Source: Kiritimatiellota bacterium
GTDB lineage: Bacteria > Verrucomicrobiota > Lentisphaeria > Oligosphaerales > JAADHN01
Length of the DNA stretch: 64,000 bases
Assembly: GCA_013151865.1 (NCBI GenBank)
Contig: JAADHN010000048.1
Coordinates: 35,673-99,672 of the forward strand
Direction: 5' to 3'
The position numbers and the translations under genes were made by a program. Positions within the stretch are counted from its first letter, which is position 1. Each line of letters starts with the position of its first letter. Positions 9,722-19,352 of the stretch are shown here, one piece after another. The notes beneath the pieces are model-generated. The model made no database searches. It saw only the letters and a program-made list of their open reading frames with translations, and was not told where the DNA came from.

Positions 9722-10204
9722 ATGACCCAGAACACCGAAAAAACCAAGGCCAAGAAAGTCGAGGCAGAGCTGGAAGTCCGTCCCCCTATGCCGCCCCCGC
9801 CCGAACCCGAGCCGGGAGACGAAGGGGATGCCATTCGCATTTCAGACAGTGTCATTGCGGCGGTCGTCCGTAGATACACGCTGGAAGTCAACGGCGTGAT
9901 CCGCTTCGCAACAGGCAGTATTGTTGGCGGGATTGCCGACATGATCGGGCGCAAGAGCCGGGACAGCAGTGTGGTGGTCGATCACGAGGGCGACACGGTG
10001 AGCATCTCCGTGACGCTGGTGATCGAGTTTGGCGTCAAGATCCCGGAAGTTGCTTCCCTCGTTCAGGATGTGATCCGCACCAAGGTCGAGGAATTGACCG
10101 GCCAGCATGTTCAGCGCGTCAATGTGACCGTGCAGGATCTCGAGGAGAAGCAGGCGGAACCGGAAGCCGCCCCGCCGGCGCCGTCCGCGGAAGAGGGCGA
10201 CTGA
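9722..10204 (+). CDS. Asp23/Gls24-family envelope stress protein
   Basis: Track ORF with a strong RBS (GAAGGAGAA). The core resembles the Asp23 family: IRISDSVIAAVVRRYTLEVNGV ... VTLVIEFGVKIPEVASLVQDVIRTKVEELTG. Confidence 0.85.
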   Translation: MTQNTEKTKAKKVEAELEVRPPMPPPPEPEPGDEGDAIRISDSVIAAVVRRYTLEVNGVIRFATGSIVGGIADMIGRKSRDSSVVVDHEGDTVSISVTLVIEFGVKIPEVASLVQDVIRTKVEELTGQHVQRVNVTVQDLEEKQAEPEAAPPAPSAEEGD

Positions 10205-10268
10205 AACCAGGTCACCGGGCGTCGGTCCCGTGAGGAAAGGGCGCCGGCGCTCGGGCAACCGCAAGGGG

Positions 10269-10844
10269 ATGATGATGGCTACCTTCTTCTCATGGCTGGC
10301 CTACGGTCCGAGCGAGGCCGAAGCCTTTACGGCGGACTTCGCCCGTGGGCTCATTTGGGGTGTGGTGGTGGGATTGGTCCTTGCGCTGCTCGTTCTTCTG
10401 TTTTTGTGGGCGCGCCGACGCGGGGGGCGCAGTCGCGGCGTCCTCATTGCCGAGGACGCGGGCAATCTTTTCATCACCGCAGGGGCTGTTCGTGAATTCG
10501 TGGCCGGTATTGTGGCCGAATACGGCGAGGCATCCTTGAGCGGCGTGGTGCTTTCGGAAACGCGCGCCGGCTATGTTCTGACCATCACGCTGGACCTCCT
10601 GCCCGATACGGCGGTCGTGCCGCTTCGGGATCGGCTCCGGGAACAGATCGTTCGCGAAGCCGCCGCACGTCTCGGCGTCCAAGGGCCTCTGAAGGTCAAT
10701 TTCACGGTTCGCAGCCTGTCCGCCAGCGAGCGTCGGATTGCCCGGGCCTCGCGGAAGTCTCTCGGCCGCGCCGCGCCGTCCCCGGCGGATGGCAGCGTTT
10801 CCCAGGAAGACGAAACCGAGGTCGGCACGGGCGACGACCTCTGA
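10269..10844 (+). CDS. Single-pass membrane protein downstream of asp23 (AmaP-like anchor?)
   Basis: Track ORF 10230..10844, with a likely start at the ATGATGATG run at 10269 after AAGGGG. It has one TM segment (LIWGVVVGLVLALLVLLFLW) followed by a soluble domain. The position after asp23 matches the Asp23/AmaP arrangement. The family assignment is inference. Confidence 0.55.
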   Translation: MMMATFFSWLAYGPSEAEAFTADFARGLIWGVVVGLVLALLVLLFLWARRRGGRSRGVLIAEDAGNLFITAGAVREFVAGIVAEYGEASLSGVVLSETRAGYVLTITLDLLPDTAVVPLRDRLREQIVREAAARLGVQGPLKVNFTVRSLSASERRIARASRKSLGRAAPSPADGSVSQEDETEVGTGDDL

Positions 10845-10859
10845 CGCCGGGGGCGTCCC

Positions 10860-12161
10860 ATGTCTCGAACACTGGTCCTGCGGGGTGCGCGGGTGATCGA
10901 CCCTGCTTCCGACATCGACGAGATCCGGGACTTGGCTGTAGTCGGAGATCAAATCGCGGCGCCGGAGAGTCTCCCCGGCGCGGAGGTGCTGGACTTCGAA
11001 GGTCTCGTGGTCGCGCCGGGCTTCGTCGATCTACACGTGCATTTTCGGGATCCGGGCCAAACTTGGAAAGAGGATGCTCTGTCCGGGACACGAGCCGCGG
11101 CAGCCGGGGGATTCACCGCCGTGCTCGCCATGCCGAACACGACACCCCCCATCGATTCGCCTGCGCTTCTGCGGGAACTCCTTGACCATTACCGCCGTTG
11201 TGCGGTCGTGCGCGTATTCCAGAGCGCCTGCATCACCCGCGGCCGGCGGGGGCGCGTTCCGACGGACGCCGCCGCACTTAAGGCCGCCGGCGCCGCAGCC
11301 CTGACCGACGACGGCAGTGCGGTCCCGGATGCCGGCGTCTTGCGCCAGGCCATGCAGGCGGCGAAACGAGTCGGCCTCCCCATCCTCGAACACTGCGAAG
11401 ACCCCGCCGTCGTGGGCGGGGGTGTGCTGCACGACGGGGAAACCGCCAGAGGGCTTGGTCTGCCGGGCACACCGGCGGTTTCGGAAGAGCTGATCGTGGC
11501 CCGAGACACCATGCTGGCCCGGGAAACCGGTTGCTCCCTTCACGTGCAGCACGTGAGTTGTGCCGGGTCGGTCGAACTTGTTCGTCGGGCCCGGGCCGCC
11601 GGGGCGCCGGTCACCGCGGAGGTCACGCCGCACCATCTGGCCTACACAGACGCCGCCTGCCTCGAATTCGGTCCCAATGCCCGCATGAATCCGCCCCTGC
11701 GCACCGAGCAAGACCGCAGCGCCCTGATCGAGGGCTTGTCCGACGGAACGATTTCCGTCATTGCGACCGATCACGCGCCCCATGCGGCCCGGGAGAAAGA
11801 CCGACCGTTCCCCGAGGCCCTCGCCGGTATCATCGGGCTCGAGGCCGCCGTACCTGTCTGCCTGACCGAATTGGTCCACACCGGCGTCCTCACTCTGTCC
11901 GAGTTGGTGGCCCGGTTCACCGTGGGGCCGCGGCACGTGCTTGGATTGCCGCAGACCCGACTGCTGCGCCCCGGCAGCCCGGCGGATTTGACCGTGATCG
12001 ATCCCGATGCGGAGTTCGCACTGGACATTTCCAAGTTTCATTCCCGCTCCCGGAATTGCCCCTATCACGGACGTCGCTGCCGGGGTCGACCCGTGGCTAC
12101 CATGGTCGGCGGTCGGTGGGTTTGGAGTCTCCTGCCGCAGATCTCCGGGGCCTTCTCCTGA
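10860..12161 (+). CDS. pyrC: Dihydroorotase (allantoinase-type, about 430 aa)
   Basis: Track ORF. Motifs are PGFVDLHVHFRDPG, AMPNTTPP and VIATDHAPH. Confidence 0.9.
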   Translation: MSRTLVLRGARVIDPASDIDEIRDLAVVGDQIAAPESLPGAEVLDFEGLVVAPGFVDLHVHFRDPGQTWKEDALSGTRAAAAGGFTAVLAMPNTTPPIDSPALLRELLDHYRRCAVVRVFQSACITRGRRGRVPTDAAALKAAGAAALTDDGSAVPDAGVLRQAMQAAKRVGLPILEHCEDPAVVGGGVLHDGETARGLGLPGTPAVSEELIVARDTMLARETGCSLHVQHVSCAGSVELVRRARAAGAPVTAEVTPHHLAYTDAACLEFGPNARMNPPLRTEQDRSALIEGLSDGTISVIATDHAPHAAREKDRPFPEALAGIIGLEAAVPVCLTELVHTGVLTLSELVARFTVGPRHVLGLPQTRLLRPGSPADLTVIDPDAEFALDISKFHSRSRNCPYHGRRCRGRPVATMVGGRWVWSLLPQISGAFS

Positions 12162-12426
12162 GCGTGGCGCGTTGCTTTGGTCTCCGCACGTTGGCAGTCT
12201 TGCACCAGTTGTTCGCCCGCGCAAGTTGAACGCACACGTCGTCTGGGGGACAACCTGTGGACGGCGAGCGTCTCCGAGGGGCGACGACATGGAGGGTGAT
12301 CGTGTCGTGTCTCCCGGCAGGCGGACCAAGACGTTGAGCCCAAGTCAACCACTGCGCACGCTCCATGTGCGGTTGCGGGGGAACGGAGCAGGTCAAGAAT
12401 TCAAGGGCTGGTCCTGTTGCTGGTCG

Positions 12427-12472
12427 AAAAAAGCACCGGTCCTTCCCGGCTGGATCGCCGGGAAGGACCGGT
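12427..12472 (-). terminator. Strong intrinsic terminator for the pseudopilin gene, possibly bidirectional with pyrC
   Basis: Perfect 16-bp inverted repeat ACCGGTCCTTCCCGGC (12435-12450) / GCCGGGAAGGACCGGT (12457-12472) with a 6-nt loop. The minus strand has GCTTTTTTCG after the stem and the plus strand has TTTGGGTGT. It lies between convergent genes. Confidence 0.7.
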
Positions 12473-12526
12473 TTGGGTGTCCGTTTGGGTTTGTCCCATA
12501 CGCTCAAATGAGCGAACGATGCGTCG

Positions 12527-13243
12527 TCAATCGCATACTTTGAAGTACCGAATGGCGCCGCCGTAGAGATAGGCGCGCATCGAGTTGTACGCAACCCACT
12601 TGGCATGACCGTCGGCAAAACCGAGATTCGTCCCTGAATTATGTATCGTCCACTTGGGGTCTGGGTCGAAGTCCCAAGCGCCGGTGTGTTTTGCACACGC
12701 ATACCTGTACAAAATGCCGTTTGCCCTCTGCCATCCGCCGAGCGGCACGCAGGCGTCTCCGAGGATCAGCGTCTCGGTGGGTGCGATCAGGCTGGCTTCC
12801 TTCCGTCCGCCCGCCGGGCAACCCCATGCCCCCAACGCCCACTGGAAAGGCTCATTGTATCCGTACGAGGGCTTCTGATTCATGCCGGGGGCAATGAGTT
12901 CGCCGCCGAATCCGCCCCAAGTCGTGTCTGTGCGAGATGGGCACAAGTAACTGTTGGCGTCGCCGACATACGCGTAGATCAAAGAGTACCACTGCGGATG
13001 CCAATATTGGCCGCCAACCCACGGGGGATTGCCCGAGGTGGGGTAGTACCCGTCGTAATCTCCGTTGTACTGAATCACGCCCAACATCATTTGCTTGAGG
13101 TTCGACGTGCAGTTGCTCTGGAGTGCTTTCGCTTTCGCCTTTTGCAGGGCCGGAAGCAGCATGCTCGCCAAAATGGCAATAATGGCGATTACCACCAGCA
13201 GTTCGATCAAGGTGAATGCTGTCGGACGTTTTTCTGGACGCAT
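12527..13243 (-). CDS. Prepilin-type N-terminal cleavage/methylation domain protein with the H-X9-DG motif (type II secretion pseudopilin-like)
   Basis: Track ORF 12527..13846, with the real start at ATG 13243 (SD AGAGGAG). Sequence: [37 protein letters not shown]. The C-terminal FADGHAKWV provides the H-X9-DG region. Confidence 0.85.
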   Translation of the reverse strand: MRPEKRPTAFTLIELLVVIAIIAILASMLLPALQKAKAKALQSNCTSNLKQMMLGVIQYNGDYDGYYPTSGNPPWVGGQYWHPQWYSLIYAYVGDANSYLCPSRTDTTWGGFGGELIAPGMNQKPSYGYNEPFQWALGAWGCPAGGRKEASLIAPTETLILGDACVPLGGWQRANGILYRYACAKHTGAWDFDPDPKWTIHNSGTNLGFADGHAKWVAYNSMRAYLYGGAIRYFKVCD

Positions 13244-13454
13244 GACTGGGACTCCTCTCTTCTGTCGGTTGGCGGTCGGTCTCGACTGGCCGCACCCACG
13301 GACAGTACATCCGAGCCGCTTTTTTCCACAACTCTCCGTCATTGTACCAAGAACGGATTTGCCTGTCAAGGGCAGCGGCGCTTTTTCGTACGGCGTCTTG
13401 CCGTTCTTTTCCGTAGAAGGGACGCCGTTTTCGACGCCGGTGCCCCGCCCGTGC

Positions 13455-14447
13455 TCATCTGGGCGGCAGGTCGGCCAGGGCCCGCATCCAGGCTGCCAGT
13501 ACGGTCCCCCACATGCCCACGTACAGGAAGATCTGCACTGCCTCGGGCGGCGGCCGCCGCAGCCAGAGCGCCGGAACGGCGCCGGCGCCGACGCCCACTG
13601 CGAATCCGTAGAAATGCGCTCGCAGGTCCGCGCGTGGTCCGGTGCCGAGCAGGCTGAGCAACGCGACTCCGGCGAAGGCGGCGACCCATGCCCGGGCCCA
13701 TACGCTTTTAAGGTTGCCGTACAGCCGGAAGTTGCGGACGAATTGGGCCGCGGCCAGCATGCCGAGTGCGCCGAAAACCGCGGTGGATGCACCGATCGAC
13801 ACCTGGCCGGGAGCCCCCAAATGTTCGGCCAGGAGGTTTCCGGCAACGCCGACGAGGAAGATCATGGCCCAAGCCAAACCGAACCCGAAACGGCGGCACA
13901 ACGCGTGGCCGAAAAAGAGACAGCAGACCGCGTTGCCCAATACATGAGGGACGTCGGCGTGGAGGGTCAGAGCGGTGGCGGCACGCCACCACTCCCCTGC
14001 AATGACTTTCGCGGAGTCCCCGGCGCCGGCGGCGCAGGCCGATACACGGGGATCGAACGGGCCGGTCATCAGAAAGAAACCCACCAGGCCGAGGCTTACG
14101 GCGAGACTGGGCAGGATGTCCCCGGACGCTTCGAGCCCATCGAGGGTGGACGCCGCGCTTTGCGGCGCCGGCGGCCAGTTGCGGTTGACCTGTTCGTATG
14201 CCGCGATTTCGCCGAGGGCCTGCTCGGCGTGATCTGCAGGAACACGCACCACCCAACTTCCCCAGGCCGATTCCTCGATCCCGTATGGGATGGCCGCGGC
14301 CCCCAGGGTCGCCAACCAGCGCAGGGCGCGCTTGGGGTCCGGCGGCGCGATGGTCGCATCCCCGGTTTCCGGGTCGATCATGGCCAAGCCGGCCTCGATC
14401 AGATCGGACGCCGATTCGATGCGCGCGCTGTCGGGAGCGTGCGTCAC
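13455..14447 (-). CDS. Rhomboid-family intramembrane serine protease with an N-terminal cytoplasmic domain
   Basis: Track ORF. GTG start at 14447 with SD AAGGAGA. Motifs are HVLGN (TM2), the catalytic GASTAVFG, and AHFYGF. Confidence 0.85.
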   Translation of the reverse strand: MTHAPDSARIESASDLIEAGLAMIDPETGDATIAPPDPKRALRWLATLGAAAIPYGIEESAWGSWVVRVPADHAEQALGEIAAYEQVNRNWPPAPQSAASTLDGLEASGDILPSLAVSLGLVGFFLMTGPFDPRVSACAAGAGDSAKVIAGEWWRAATALTLHADVPHVLGNAVCCLFFGHALCRRFGFGLAWAMIFLVGVAGNLLAEHLGAPGQVSIGASTAVFGALGMLAAAQFVRNFRLYGNLKSVWARAWVAAFAGVALLSLLGTGPRADLRAHFYGFAVGVGAGAVPALWLRRPPPEAVQIFLYVGMWGTVLAAWMRALADLPPR

Positions 14448-14552
14448 AGGCGATCTCCTTTCTGTGTGTCGGGATCGGATGCCCCGCCGTCCGCCCGTGG
14501 TCCCCGCCGGGGCGGGCGGGGCGCCTGTCTCGGGAGTGTCAGCCCACCCGAA

Positions 14553-17500
14553 TCAATCGCCGATGCAGAGGACTCGGCCTTCCTGAGTGGTGAGGTACAG
14601 CCGCCGGTTGGCAATGGCCAGAGCGTCCCACGCAGGCGGCGGGACCCGGGCTTCATCCCGAACCGCACCGTTCGCGACGGCAAGGACCTTGAGGCGTCCG
14701 TCCTTGTGAATCACGAACAGACGTCCGTCTCCGGCCAGCGCCATGGCGTACAAATCGTTGTGGAGTTGGGTCCCCGGTGGTCGCGACCGTTTCTTTGCGG
14801 CTGCCGGCGTGAAGGGGTCCGTCTTCCAGTTCGCTTTCTTGGCCAACCGGTCCGTTCGGAAAGGTCTTCCGCCTTTCCGGGCGGTCTGGGCGGCTTCCCA
14901 GCCGGTAATCCAGTGGCTGTTGAACTTTTCCCCATGTTCGAGATCGAAGTCCCGACGGAATATCTCGGTGGTTCCGTTGAGTGAACTGAGCACGGTTCGG
15001 GCATGGAAGGCCCACAGAGGCCGGCGCGGCGCCTCCCCGCCGAAGCGGTGCTGATGCCGGGGGCCATAGCTCCAGCATTCGCGCGGCACCCAAACAGCGC
15101 CCCCACCCGAATCCAGTCGCGCAAACCCCGCCCATTTGTCCACAGTAACCTTCTTGCCGTCTGCCGAAATGATCCAGCGCGACATGGCAATGCCGTCGCC
15201 TTCCCGGTGCAGGATGTCGAAAGAATCGAATTCAAGTCCGGAGTTTTCGTAGTACCCCCTCTGCGGGATAGTGTTGATGCGTCGGACCCAACGCCGCCGC
15301 CCGGAGACCGGATCGACGGCAAAGACCCGGATTCCGCCGTCCGCCAGCGGTTGACGTCCAGCCGCAAAGTAGGCGACGCCGTTACCGACAAGCACTGCAC
15401 CGGGAACGGGCCAGGGAGACTCGATCTGACCATAGGTCACGATGCGTTTGTCGGTCGGTGCGGCCCGCAACCGCCAGACAACCTTGCCGGAATCCGCTCG
15501 CAGGGCGTAGACCGAACCGGCACGAGACCCGAAGAGGCAGAGCCCCAGAGCGAGCGCCGGCGGTGTGTCGACGCGTCCGTCGGCCGTGAATCGCCACGAA
15601 ACGGCACCGGTTTCGGCATCGAGGGCAACGACCTCATGGGCGTCGGGGCGGGCAACGTAGACGCGGCCGTAAGCCACAGTGGGTGCACTCACCGGTCCCT
15701 TGACAAAGGCGTTCTCACGCCAGTCTTGCGGAATCGGGCCGTCCAATTCCCGGGCCTTGTGCGCCAACGACACAGACCAGAGCGTATTGAGTCTGCGCGG
15801 CCCGGGTTCCGGGGTGCCGGCGCTGCGCCAAGCGTCGTGCCGGTAGAGAGGCCAGTCGGACGGCGTCGGGTCCGGAGCGTCGCGGGACGCTTCTCCCGGT
15901 CCGAGCTGCGGATTGCCCGGCGGATTCCCGGTCGCCGCCCGGTCGGTGTCGCGCTCGGGCGCCAGGGCGACAAACCCGCGCAGAATGGGCCAGCATGTGC
16001 AATGTTTCGGGGTGGTGTAGATCAGCCCGTTCGCGGGGACCCAACCGCTCTCGCGGGAGCAGTTCGCTTTGGTAATCGGGTTGACGAACATCTTGCCCGT
16101 CTGCAGGTCGGTAAGGTCCATCACTCCCGAAAACAGGAAACGCTGCGTGGCAACCGGGGGGAAGCAGTGCGCGAGCCCCGCCGGAAAGGTGGTCCGGACC
16201 TCGCCGGTGCGGGGATTCAGCGCCGACACCTGGGTTGGGAGCCGCTTGATGTGGTCGGGATCGGCGGTGTTCGTTTTTCCGCCATGCAAGACCCAGAGGT
16301 CGGTGCCTGCAAACATGGCCCGGGCCTGCCGGTTGTGGTTCATTCCCGGCGGAAAGGCCTTTTCCCACAGCACGCGACCGGTGGCGGACGAAACCACGTG
16401 GAGGGAGTTGCCGGCATCGTTATCGTCGATCGTGGAAACTTCGTAGGCGATGTATGCATCCTTCAGCACGACACGCGAAACGCGTTTGAGCCAGGCATAA
16501 TCGGAGCGTCGCCAGCGGACTTTGCCCGACGCAATGTCGACAACGACGGCTTCAACCTTTTCGCCGCGCCGAGGACGTCCCGCCAGGAACGATACAATAC
16601 GGCGATCCGCCGCCAGATTCCGGGCGCCGGGCGCGGCGTGCATCCACAGCAGTTCGCCGGTGTCGAAGCGGTAGGCGTGGACTCCGGAATCGTCGCAGGC
16701 GATGACCGATCTCCCGTTATGCACGACTTCGGTAGGGCGGCTGACACCCGGAAAGACTCGCACGACCCGGCCGTCGGCAGCGTCCAACGCTTTCAGACGG
16801 TTCCCTTCGGCGACAAATACAACCGCTTCTGCCGCAACGGGGCGGGAGAGGTTCCACGCGGGGCGCGTCAGCCTGAAGGCGGCGCCGTTGAGTTTGCCCC
16901 GGCGCAGATCGCGGTGCCAAAGCCTCAGACCGTTGAAGCTGTCGCGTACCAGAATGCCCCCGTAGAAGTTCCGTCCGCCGGCCGTGACCAAGCCTTCCAC
17001 TTCGGAAAGCGCGCCGGCGATCCAGCGAACCTGTTTTGGAGGACCAACCAGCGTGTCGCCGGAAACCGCGTTTCCGCCCGCATCGTGACGCGGATGCGAC
17101 CAATCGTCCATTTGTTTCGGCCGGGGCTTCCGGGCAAACAATGGGGGCGCGGCGGTCGTGGACACCTTGAACCCGGCAGCTCTCAGGGCCGGGGCGCTCA
17201 CGGCGCCCGCATTGCGCACAACCACGGCCCCATTGGGCGTGACAACTCGAAACAACTCCGTTGCGGAAGCGAGGGGCGTATCGACGATGACAAGGTTCAC
17301 CAGGTTGTCGGCATAGGGAAGGCGCCCGGGTTTGTCGGTCAGTTCCACACTCACCAACCCATAATGTCCTTCGGCGCGACATCGGCTCCGGGCCTTGTCG
17401 AGGGTCTTGGCGGACGTCGCGAGGACCTCGACCAGATACCGACCCGTGCGACTGAGAATGATCGGTGTCTCGAGATCGGATGTCCCAAGCTGGACAATGA

Positions 17501-17681
17501 GACCGCCCTTGAGGCCCGCCAGTGCAACCGGGTCGACATCGGGGCCGGCCGCATGGACCGATGCCCGGGCCATCAGGCAAAATGTTGCGAGCGCCAGCCA
17601 TGGAATTGTCCGTCGAGCGCAGGACCGGTGTTGATTTCTTGCTCGTTCCGTTGTGTCCGTTTCCGCTGTTCCCGCCATCAT
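14553..17681 (-). CDS. Exported PQQ/BamB-type beta-propeller repeat protein with a degenerate N-terminal methyltransferase-like domain (paralog A)
   Basis: Track ORF 14553..17765. I prefer ATG 17681, preceded by AGGAGG. The signal-like N-terminus is RRTIPWLALATFCLMARASVHA/AG. The MTase-fold remnant is LIVQLGTSD...YLVEVLATS...LPYADNLVNLVIVD...LFRVVTPNGAVVV. There are many G-x-V-x-W-R propeller repeats. It shares Cys-containing blocks with 31381..36153. Confidence 0.8.
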   Translation of the reverse strand: MMAGTAETDTTERARNQHRSCARRTIPWLALATFCLMARASVHAAGPDVDPVALAGLKGGLIVQLGTSDLETPIILSRTGRYLVEVLATSAKTLDKARSRCRAEGHYGLVSVELTDKPGRLPYADNLVNLVIVDTPLASATELFRVVTPNGAVVVRNAGAVSAPALRAAGFKVSTTAAPPLFARKPRPKQMDDWSHPRHDAGGNAVSGDTLVGPPKQVRWIAGALSEVEGLVTAGGRNFYGGILVRDSFNGLRLWHRDLRRGKLNGAAFRLTRPAWNLSRPVAAEAVVFVAEGNRLKALDAADGRVVRVFPGVSRPTEVVHNGRSVIACDDSGVHAYRFDTGELLWMHAAPGARNLAADRRIVSFLAGRPRRGEKVEAVVVDIASGKVRWRRSDYAWLKRVSRVVLKDAYIAYEVSTIDDNDAGNSLHVVSSATGRVLWEKAFPPGMNHNRQARAMFAGTDLWVLHGGKTNTADPDHIKRLPTQVSALNPRTGEVRTTFPAGLAHCFPPVATQRFLFSGVMDLTDLQTGKMFVNPITKANCSRESGWVPANGLIYTTPKHCTCWPILRGFVALAPERDTDRAATGNPPGNPQLGPGEASRDAPDPTPSDWPLYRHDAWRSAGTPEPGPRRLNTLWSVSLAHKARELDGPIPQDWRENAFVKGPVSAPTVAYGRVYVARPDAHEVVALDAETGAVSWRFTADGRVDTPPALALGLCLFGSRAGSVYALRADSGKVVWRLRAAPTDKRIVTYGQIESPWPVPGAVLVGNGVAYFAAGRQPLADGGIRVFAVDPVSGRRRWVRRINTIPQRGYYENSGLEFDSFDILHREGDGIAMSRWIISADGKKVTVDKWAGFARLDSGGGAVWVPRECWSYGPRHQHRFGGEAPRRPLWAFHARTVLSSLNGTTEIFRRDFDLEHGEKFNSHWITGWEAAQTARKGGRPFRTDRLAKKANWKTDPFTPAAAKKRSRPPGTQLHNDLYAMALAGDGRLFVIHKDGRLKVLAVANGAVRDEARVPPPAWDALAIANRRLYLTTQEGRVLCIGD

Positions 17682-17775
17682 GCAACCTCCTGTCGATGTT
17701 GCCGAATCCGTCTGATCGGACCGATCCGTTAGATCACAGCGCCCCGGCACGGATTGGGAGCGCAACTACACGTGT

Positions 17776-18114
17776 TCAATCCGCCTGCGGCGCCGACTGC
17801 ACCTGGACCGCCGCGTACTGGGTCGGCTCGGGCACCGTGAAAGCGCCGTCGCGCAGAGGCAGCTCCTTGTCCCTTCTCCCCGGCACGTTGAGGACGACCC
17901 GCTCGATCCGCCGGCCGCGAGGCGGCGTGAACGCCACACGCAGGTTTTTCGCCGGGATCGTTCGGTCGCGCTTCAGTTGTTCCAGTTCGGGCAATTCGGG
18001 GCCTACCTGCGGAACGTCGCAGAATTGTCTGGACGGTTTTGCAGAGGCTGGGAGTTCGCCCGCGTTCCAGGTTATTTTGAGACGCGGAATAAACTGTCTC
18101 CGGGTTGCCTCCAC
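17776..18114 (-). CDS. Hypothetical 112-aa protein
   Basis: Track ORF. Its GTG start lies 4 nt after the TGA of the upstream URO-D-family gene, and it fills the gap before paralog A exactly. GC3 is high in its second half. I recognise no motif. Confidence 0.4.
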   Translation of the reverse strand: MEATRRQFIPRLKITWNAGELPASAKPSRQFCDVPQVGPELPELEQLKRDRTIPAKNLRVAFTPPRGRRIERVVLNVPGRRDKELPLRDGAFTVPEPTQYAAVQVQSAPQAD

Positions 18115-18118
18115 GCGA

Positions 18119-19189
18119 TCAATAGGCCCCGACTTCCTTCACCAGGTCTACGATCCTCCGGAACTCTGCGAGGCTGACGCTGGACGGCACGGAATGGTCC
18201 GTGGCAAAGATGTAGCCGCCATCCTTCATCATTACGGGCAGAAACGTACGCAGGTGCTCCGCCATCACTTCGATGTCGCCTTCCCACAGCAGGGCGCTCA
18301 CGCCGCCGTGCAGGACGAGCCGCTCGCCGTGGTCGCGTTTGAGCTGGAAGGGGTCCATACCCGCCTTCACTTCGATGGGATTGAGGTATTCCAGGCCCAG
18401 TTCGAGGAGTTCCGGCACGAACGGATTGATGTTGCCGCAGGAATGCAGGCAGGCATGGATCCCCTTGGCATGGGCCCACTCGATGGCTCGGCGATGGATG
18501 GGTTTGAGGAGTTCCCGGTACATGTCGAGCGAGAAGAACTGGTTGAACTTGAACCCCATATCGTCCGGCCAGACTAGTGCGTCGTACCGGTAGCCGGCGT
18601 CCCAGACCCGGTCCAGGAGAGCGAGGTCCAGCTCGAGTTCGGTGCGGAACATGTCGGCGCACCAGTCGGGGTGCTCGACCAGGGCCACCAGGAGCTGCTC
18701 AGTGCCGATGAACCAGGAATGGGTCACGTCGAACCCGAACCAGCCGTGCGCGAGCACCCACCGCCCCTGGTCCCGCCACGTCGTGTAGTTATCTCGGAGC
18801 ACCTGCCAGGGGATGCGGTCGTCCGACGGCTGCATCCGTTCTTTGGCCGTGCGCCAGTCGTCGGGCGTCTTGACCGCGAAATCGAGGAATTCCGGGGTGG
18901 ACGCCTGATGCTTCCACTGCTTCGACGTAGCTCCCCAGGTACTGATGCGGATGACGTACTCATCGGTTTCCTCGACTACCCGGGCCGGGAACCGGGGGCT
19001 GTTGTCCACGCCGATTCCCGCGATTCGGTCCAGGTCCAGGAATTCCACGAAGTCCACGCCGTCCGGCAATCCCTCCGCGCGCCAGCGTTCGAGCGTGGCG
19101 CCCCAGGGGTGCTCGATGATCGGCACCCGGTCGGCGGGCCGGTGCTGGAACATGCGCTCGATCCGTTCCGCAGTCGTGAATTCGTGCAT
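18119..19189 (-). CDS. Uroporphyrinogen decarboxylase (URO-D)/MtaA-like family protein
   Basis: Track ORF with SD AAGGGAGAA. Length and pattern (WPDDMGFK, LHSCGN, IFATDHSVP) resemble URO-D-family enzymes of unknown substrate. The family call is from recall and was not searched. Confidence 0.7.
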   Translation of the reverse strand: MHEFTTAERIERMFQHRPADRVPIIEHPWGATLERWRAEGLPDGVDFVEFLDLDRIAGIGVDNSPRFPARVVEETDEYVIRISTWGATSKQWKHQASTPEFLDFAVKTPDDWRTAKERMQPSDDRIPWQVLRDNYTTWRDQGRWVLAHGWFGFDVTHSWFIGTEQLLVALVEHPDWCADMFRTELELDLALLDRVWDAGYRYDALVWPDDMGFKFNQFFSLDMYRELLKPIHRRAIEWAHAKGIHACLHSCGNINPFVPELLELGLEYLNPIEVKAGMDPFQLKRDHGERLVLHGGVSALLWEGDIEVMAEHLRTFLPVMMKDGGYIFATDHSVPSSVSLAEFRRIVDLVKEVGAY

Positions 19190-19306
19190 GGTGCTCGTTC
19201 TCCCTTCTCCCGAAACTTCGATCGCGCCAGTCCCTTTGGCGGGCCCCGTGGTCTGCCCTCGCCTGTACGGACGCGATGGAGAAGAGATTATCCCGCGGAA
19301 GTCCGG

Positions 19307-19350
19307 CCGTCAACCTGGCCCGGCGGAGCTCCGCCGGGCCAGGTTGACGG
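19307..19350. repeat. Perfect 44-bp palindrome (20-bp arms plus an AGCT centre)
   Basis: CCGTCAACCTGGCCCGGCGG-AGCT-CCGCCGGGCCAGGTTGACGG. I verified base by base that it equals its own reverse complement. It starts 2 nt beyond the recQ stop codon (19353-19355). There is no U-tract on either side. Confidence 0.95.
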
Positions 19351-19352
19351 GG

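Noticed and set aside
15003-17732. 909-aa plus-strand ORF
   Set aside because: It is the antisense shadow of PQQ-propeller paralog A, with low-complexity Arg/Gly/Pro composition, no RBS and no motifs.
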